A stretch of DNA of 64,000 nucleotides from Albugo candida (lineage: Eukaryota): assembly GCA_040437565.1 (NCBI GenBank), contig JBDOQK010000026.1, positions 62,001 to 126,000 on the forward strand, written 5' to 3'. This document shows, one piece after another, positions 55,596 to 64,000 of this stretch; positions within the stretch are counted from its first letter, which is position 1; each line of letters starts with the position of its first letter. The translations under genes and the position numbers were made by a program. The notes under the pieces were generated by a model. That model ran no database searches, was not told the origin of the DNA, and worked only from the letters and a program-made list of their open reading frames with translations.

Positions 55596-58113
55596 ATGTC
55601 TCCAAGTATGGATACATCTGCGCCGATTGTAGACGAACAAGCATCAGATCGATCATATTTCAGTATCCAATCTCATACGTCCTCCGATGAAGAAATGATT
55701 GAATGCAAAAGAAATTCGATGCAGGAAGTATTTCTCACGCCCCGTCGACGCAAACATCGAACTAAACATGGCACTAATGTGAGTCGCTCGTATCCATTAA
55801 CTCGCTTGGAAAAGCGATCGGAAGACGCAAACAATTGTGTGGAAGCTTCTTGCATGCAAATTAGTGGGAAATTCATCCAGTCGAAATCAAAATTGCGTTT
55901 TTCTTCAAACTGTCTAAAAATCGCATTTTTAACGCTCACTCCACAATGCAAAGTCAGTATTCATTACAGCGACATACAAAAAATAAGGTTTTTTCCGGTC
56001 CAATGGCTTTATCTTNNNNNNNNNNNNNNNNNNNNNNNNNNNNNNNNNNNNNNNNNNNNNNNNNNNNNNNNNNNNNNNNNNNNNNNNNNNNNNNNNNNNN
56101 NNNNNNNNNNNNNNNTCTCCAAACTGCCTGAAAATCGCATTTTTAACGCTCACTCCACAATGCAAAGTCAGTATTCCTTACAGCGACATACAAAAAATAA
56201 GGTTTTTTCCGGTCCAATGGCTTTATCTTTTTGTGCTGAATACATTTGTGTGCAGTTTCTCACTAAAAGGAATGACACCGTATCATTTGGTTATGAAAGT
56301 CAAAACACGCGATGATCATTTTGCGCTATTGTACAATCAGCATCGAAAAAGGCCTCGTATGCAACAAAATGCTGTTTACGACATCAAAGGTGGACAATCA
56401 CGTCTTATGAATCCTTTGCTGATACTTTCCTTCTCTATAGAATCGTGCGAGATGGTATTTTATTTCGAGAATTTGCTGGAATTTATACGGTGCAAAAGCA
56501 TCACTGATGGAAATAGCTTTATCAGAAAATTACTCAATGCGCATAAAGCGTACGTATCAAAATACTCAACAGCGCAAAGTTTGAGTCTGAGGTGTTTTGG
56601 TAGGAAGGCGGATACTCAAGACTCTGTGGTTGTGATCTCAAGTCCTCCACGTGATCAGATTGAGCAGAAGTGGACCGGTATGAAGTATTATTGCATATTA
56701 TGCGCGCTGACGGAAAGCCATCTCTTTAGGATCGCCTTCCACGTTTACCGAGATGACATTGAGTTCACGAGAAGATTGCGAGGAGAAAACCATTGACTCA
56801 TTGGATGAATCCTTCACGAAGGAAGATCGTGATTCTACCACTTTGGATACCAATGAGGACGGAAGTGTGCATAGGAGGATCGTTTTCCCAGACATGAAGC
56901 CAAATGACGACTTGGACTCACCGCAGGCCACACTTTACAGCGTATCCTCAAAACAAAGTGATGAGGCCTCGCCACCTTCTTCTTCATATCGATCGCGGCG
57001 CACAAGAAAACAACGGAAGGCTTATCAAGAGAATGAAGATCGTCGATCCGATCACATTGTACTAACGTATCCGTTTCAGGAGACAACACTCACAGGCCGC
57101 GTTGGAATCTCATCTCGCGACCTGGATCGTCTGGAGCCTGGACATTATTTGAACGATAACATTATCGATTTTTATTTGCATTACAGCTGGCGGCATCTTC
57201 CTGTTGATCTGCAGGATCAAGTTTATATATTCAGCAGCCATTTTTTCTCTCACTTGTTTGGAAGCAACGACCCCGAAGTCGATTCTGTCGACGTTACCAA
57301 TCGTTTCGATCGGATTTCACGCTGGGTAGCAAAAGACATGAATCTTTTCGAAAAGCGATTTCTCTTAGTTCCAATCAACGACAGGTGAGAATTCATTCTG
57401 CGGTATCTTCGACTCACTGACGAAATTTCTTCAGCTTTCATTGGAGTATTGTGATCATTTGCAATCCAGGATCATCCGTTTCGGTCTCAAAGCACGAAAG
57501 TAAGAATCAACAGTACATGGCCAAAGACGAGGATGTCATTGATCTGATGGAAAAAGACTATTTCGATGACCACGCTCATCTTTCTCCATCAAAGAGTAAA
57601 GAACGAAATCCGCTGCATCCTCCTTGTATTCTGTTTCTAGACTCGTTGGATTGTCATCGAAAAGAGACATTTTGTGCTCTATTACGGAGGTTTGTGCGTG
57701 GATGTCTTTGGGGCTCGATGACCGATTTGTGTGTGCTTAGATACTTGGAGATGGAATTCAATCGTCGAAGAGCACTGTTAACGGCCGAAAAAAGCCTCGA
57801 GCGATTCGACCCCGATCAATTGATCTTATTGACTCCGCCATTGCCCATGCAAGACAACAGCGTCGATTGTGGTGTATACGTTCTCTTGTATGCAAATGCG
57901 ATTCTCAAGCGCTTGCTTCCGATCGGAATCACTCGCGACCATATCGAAAGCGAATTTCATGGTGTATTATCGTCCTCTCTTTTTACAGCAAAGGATGTCA
58001 CTGCCTTCCGTGATTATCTGCAACAACTCGTGTATTCTCTGCAAGCAATACAGCTTCAAGACCGAAATGAAAATGCAATTAGCGATGAGGGACTGGAACA
58101 CTTTTATTTATGA
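55596..58113 (+). CDS. SUMO-specific protease (peptidase C48, ULP2/SENP6-7-like), multi-exon
   Basis: DLDRLEPGHYLNDNIIDFYL, IFSSHFFS, LVPIND + FHWS across an intron at about 57385-57433, ILFLDSL and PMQDNSVDCGVY, giving the His-Asp-Cys triad. Confidence 0.9.
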
Positions 58114-58256
58114 TGCAACACTTTCGTCGATCACACTTTCTATGGAAAACCATTCGAGCATTTAAGGTCTCGTGGACCCACGCGAGAGCACGATGGAAGG
58201 CCCAGACCTCATGCTGTCATCCCATGGGCTCCATCCGTCAAATTTGCGCTGCTTCC

Positions 58257-60185
<1,929 letters not shown>

Positions 60186-60417
60186 CTAAAAGTAGCTCGC
60201 CAATGATATGAATTCTGAAGAAAGGAGAAAACCACGCAATATAATTATCGTGATTGCAGCTTGTGGGGTTTGAGATTAAATATGATTATCGACTAGGTGA
60301 TTTTTTACTATTTATATCGTCACACACAGAGCCCTGACGTTCTGAGTCACACGAACAATGAATTTTGTGAATTATAACATCACATAATTGCACAATTCGC
60401 TTAACGCACAATTCCAT

Positions 60418-61662
60418 ATGCGATTTCCGAATAACTTTTTTCCTTCTCCTGTTGTGCCTGATAATCTGGTTTCTTCGTATTGCGCGCTAGCAGATCGATT
60501 AGTACGAGTGACTGTGGAGCAATATGAAACATTTTCAGCACTTCCTCCGGATCAGAGAGTAGATCCTACCCAGTGGAAGGAGACACGAAAGAAAGATAAT
60601 TTGACATTACACAAGGAGCGTCGGACACGAGCAACTCAACCATATCACATAATGGAAACATTACGTGGAGATGAACCTGTGTATACAAAAGCATATGTAC
60701 CCAACATGCTCATGACAGGCTCCATCGAGGGAAGATTGGAAGACGCCTGTTTTGGCACATTTATCGACACAACAGAATCGTTACGAATGCGTGAACGATA
60801 TTCAGAAGAAGATGTTGCGGAAAGTCAGGTTCTACAGCGATTTCGAGGTCCATCATTCGACGATCCTTTTCATTTCACAGGAATTACATGGCTTATTCTT
60901 GGAAATACGAAGATTCCACTCGTACGACGTCGTGACGTCCTCCTACTTCACTCTGTGGGTCTCACCAAACTCACGAACGGAGAGCCAGTCGGATATTGTC
61001 TGTATCATTGTGTGGAACTACCCAATGTACCACAGCTGACCAATCTTAAGATGATTCGAGTTACCGGATCTTATTGTTATATTCGACGCCAAACCGAAAT
61101 TGACCGGATAGATGTTTACTTGAAAGGATGGTTTACTCCTCTTGGCGAAATTCCCGAATTTTTGGTAATTTCGAATGTTATGAACTCGCTTTTGGCAACT
61201 CAAAACACAGTGAAAATCGCGTATATCCGAAAACTGCTACATCAAATTCAGGCAAGTCGCAGCAAAGAAGTAACTCGAGTTACGGAAATGTATGTGATCC
61301 TTTCCATTTCTATACTCGTCTGGTTCTGATTTATTGTGTGCATTAGAGCGGCCTGCACTTCATGTTGTTCAGGTGGCTGCACGTCGAACTTTATAAAGTA
61401 CGGCGGGAAGTTTGGATCATGCATCTTGTGTCGCATGCCTGTTTGCGCATTGTGTGTACATGAGCAGAAAGTGATCGTCGAAATCAATGAGGATGGAGTG
61501 ATCACACGGAAATTGACGTGCTGCCTTCCATGCTTGCATAAAATACGAGTAATGAGCGCCTATGAAGTTGCACGAGAGCAAATTGGACGCAAACCGTCAC
61601 ATAGCATATCTTCGACTGCATCAACGACATCGGATGCAGTAGGTACGTTTCGTCTTGAATAG
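60418..61662 (+). CDS. Oomycete START-like domain protein with degenerate FYVE-like zinc finger
   Basis: VDPTQWKETRKKDNLTLHKER, MTGSIEGRLED, RRRDVLLL, PVGYCLYHCVELP. Exon 2 carries CTSC...CILCRMPVCALC...CLPC. Intron at about 61290-61346. Confidence 0.75.
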
Positions 61663-62861
61663 CTGAATTTCATCGTGTGACATTTTTGTCGTCCATTAGA
61701 GCATCCGACTAGCTTGATGGATGTCGCAATTCTAGGCTTTGATAATTTTTTGAAGATTTAGAATGTATGCGCTTCATTTGAGCCATTTCGGGGCTAATAT
61801 AGAGTAAACGAATCATGTTATAAAGATTATAGTAGCCATTCGGCGTCTGCGCGTTGTATATCATCAATTCATCGTTAAACGTGGTTGTCGACGTATCCGA
61901 CGTGTCCGACTTGTGCTATAATTGATAACTAATGACGTCCACAAAGTTTGATGGAGCTCAACTGGGCGGTAAGAAATAAAAGCTCAGTGCTTTGGAGTAA
62001 ACGCGAATAATAAATTAGGGCAGCTGATGTGTATTTCTACGCAGAGTCGTTGCGTGGAAGAACACTCCTACCAGACGACTTCACTCAGGAAATCATACGC
62101 CGAATTACTTTCATCATGTGGCACGTATATGATAAACACTCTAAGCCTTCCTGACTTAGTTGAGCCACAATGTGAGCAAACCACAGGTTCGTTTTGTAAG
62201 TAATATCGACATCGACAGTATAAAAAGAAAAAAATCGTCTTGTATCAACCAGTGACGCGCGCTAGTTTGAGACGTTGATTTGCTACGGGCTCGCCAATGA
62301 ATCGCTATAATTTAACGGGAGAATCTGATAGATCCGATGGTGTCGCCAGCTGTTTTATAGTGTTTTCATTCTATAAAGAAGCTATGTTCTTGAAAGATCG
62401 CAAAATTTTGGGGTACGGTATTTCTTTCAGATCGAATCCATCAAAAATGACTNNNNNNNNNNNNNNNNNNNNNNNNNNNNNNNNNNNNNNNNNNNNNNNN
62501 NNNNNNNNNNNNNNNNNNNNNNNNNNNNNNNNNNNNNNNNNNNNNNNNNNNNTACGGTATTTCTTTCAGATCGAATCCATCAAAAATGACTTGATATTTG
62601 TAATAATCTCAATAAGTTGGCTTTCCAGTCTAAACGCTAGCAGAACTTTGTGACATCAATTATTTAATTTTAACATGTTTTTTAGTGTCTATTGATAGAT
62701 ATTGGGTATTTTATACTATTGACTCTACACAGAAGCATCCATTTTGGTCTAATTTTATCTTTGTACATCAGCTATGGGTGATCTGAGTTGCCGTTTCTTC
62801 CTTTCAAAACAGCAATTATTGTCTTGAATTAATCGACCGTGTGTTTTGGTGTGCCATTTCG

Positions 62862-63856
62862 CTACTTTTTTAATTTTCCACCGTGCGACCAACAGTAACC
62901 GCCAACTTTGGGTCCTTTAGTACATCCCTCTCGTTTGCAAAGTCGTTTCCCTCCATGACTCCAACATAGACCGTTCTTTCGAGACNNNNNNNNNNNNNNN
63001 NNNNNNNNNNNNNNNNNNNNNNNNNNNNNNNNNNNNNNNNNNNNNNNNNNNNNNNNNNNNNNNNNNNNNNNNNNNNNNNNNNNNNACATCCCTCTCGTTT
63101 GCAAAGTCGTTTCCCTCCATGACTCCAACATAGACCGTTCTTTCGAGACGCATTGGAGCACCCATCCGTCTTGCACCGTTTTCCGCCACCGTGACTGATG
63201 CAAAGTCCTAAGCTAACAGCATGCTTGTTGCATTCGGGCATTGAACAGCGTAATCCACCACCGTGCGCGATGCAAAAGCCTCCTGCCTTAGCACGTTTGA
63301 TGCAGTCATTCATTCCACAGAGCTTGCCACTGCTCACCCGTTTTCGGGGTGTCAAATCGCCTATCAACGATGAACCACATGAGCTCGCAGTGCTTGCACT
63401 TGAATTGGAAATGCTTCGATGCAACGGAGATATTGCCAAATCCGCTAACGCTTCACATGCTACATGACCGTCCATCATACGATTCCGATGTCCAAATTCG
63501 GATGAGTAAACAAGCTTTTCATTACTTCTATAAAACTGTGACAATGAGACTGGTGTCGTCGACATGAGTTCGGCCCGTTTTATAATGCTTTGAATGGACG
63601 GTAGTCTGGCTTTCTTGTCCTTTGGAGATATGCTGGCTGCGGAATTGTTCTCTCCATTGAGTAGTTCGTGCAGTCTTAGTTGCCGTGGCGATGAATCAGA
63701 GTTGATCTCATTGTAATCTCTAAACGTTTTTGCTTGAGGAGTAATAAGACTTGGCAAACAACTGCGTCGATCAGAGATGCTTGTGTCATGCTGATTGCAA
63801 CGCTCTGGCAACCAGTGCGGACGTTCGATAGAAGCGAATGGTGGAAGTGGAAGCAT
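62862..63856 (-). CDS. CxxHGGG-repeat (WRKY19-like zinc finger) protein, putative transcription factor
   Basis: Repeats CIAHGGGLRC, CISHGGGKRC, CWSHGGKRLC and CWSHGGK. One repeat is duplicated across gap 62986-63085. Confidence 0.85.
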
Positions 63857-64000
63857 TGTATTGATTGATTTGTTGTGCTTGTGTGCTGGGAGGCAAATTC
63901 GAAGATGAATGATCACCAGGAGGTGAGTAAAGCGTCTGGAATCATCTATGCACACGGTGCGAAGAAGCAGTGAGGGCAGAGTTGGTAAACATAACCTTTT

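Noticed and set aside
62040-62160. Two imperfect hairpins and minus-strand C/D-like boxes in the 61.7-62.8 kb intergenic region
   Set aside because: Box spacing is non-canonical, and no H/ACA or tRNA features were found.

Overview
This is a eukaryotic, gene-dense window, not a prokaryotic one. It has short GT-AG introns (mostly about 45-65 nt), tiny intergenic spaces and stramenopile-type gene families. These point to an oomycete, by inference most like Albugo. The draft scaffold has 20 gaps of 100 N, and most are flanked by duplicated sequence, which inflates or frameshifts several ORFs. 1-44 kb and 55.6-64 kb hold housekeeping and signalling genes: a TM+RanBP2-ZnF+HECT ligase, a PPR protein, a four-repeat cation channel, a Raw-like protein, an amino-acid transporter, CDC40, BRR2, a G-patch protein, the phage-type mitochondrial RNA polymerase, a phosducin-like protein, an sAC-type adenylate cyclase, a SUMO protease, RecQ, a START-FYVE protein and a CxxHGGG-repeat protein. 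44-55.4 kb is a gene-sparse island with a decayed chromodomain Ty3/Gypsy element, duplicated relics and a pair of related secreted-protein genes. The best unannotated signal is a canonical-looking box H/ACA snoRNA inside the unusually long intron of the mitochondrial RNA polymerase gene (34634-34755, minus strand). Other notable items are a PH-fused four-domain channel with a degenerate selectivity filter, a cyclase-STAND-FYVE-PH fusion whose FYVE exon is hidden in a second frame, and the secreted 'QNRKLM' gene pair. All assignments are by eye; no searches were run.
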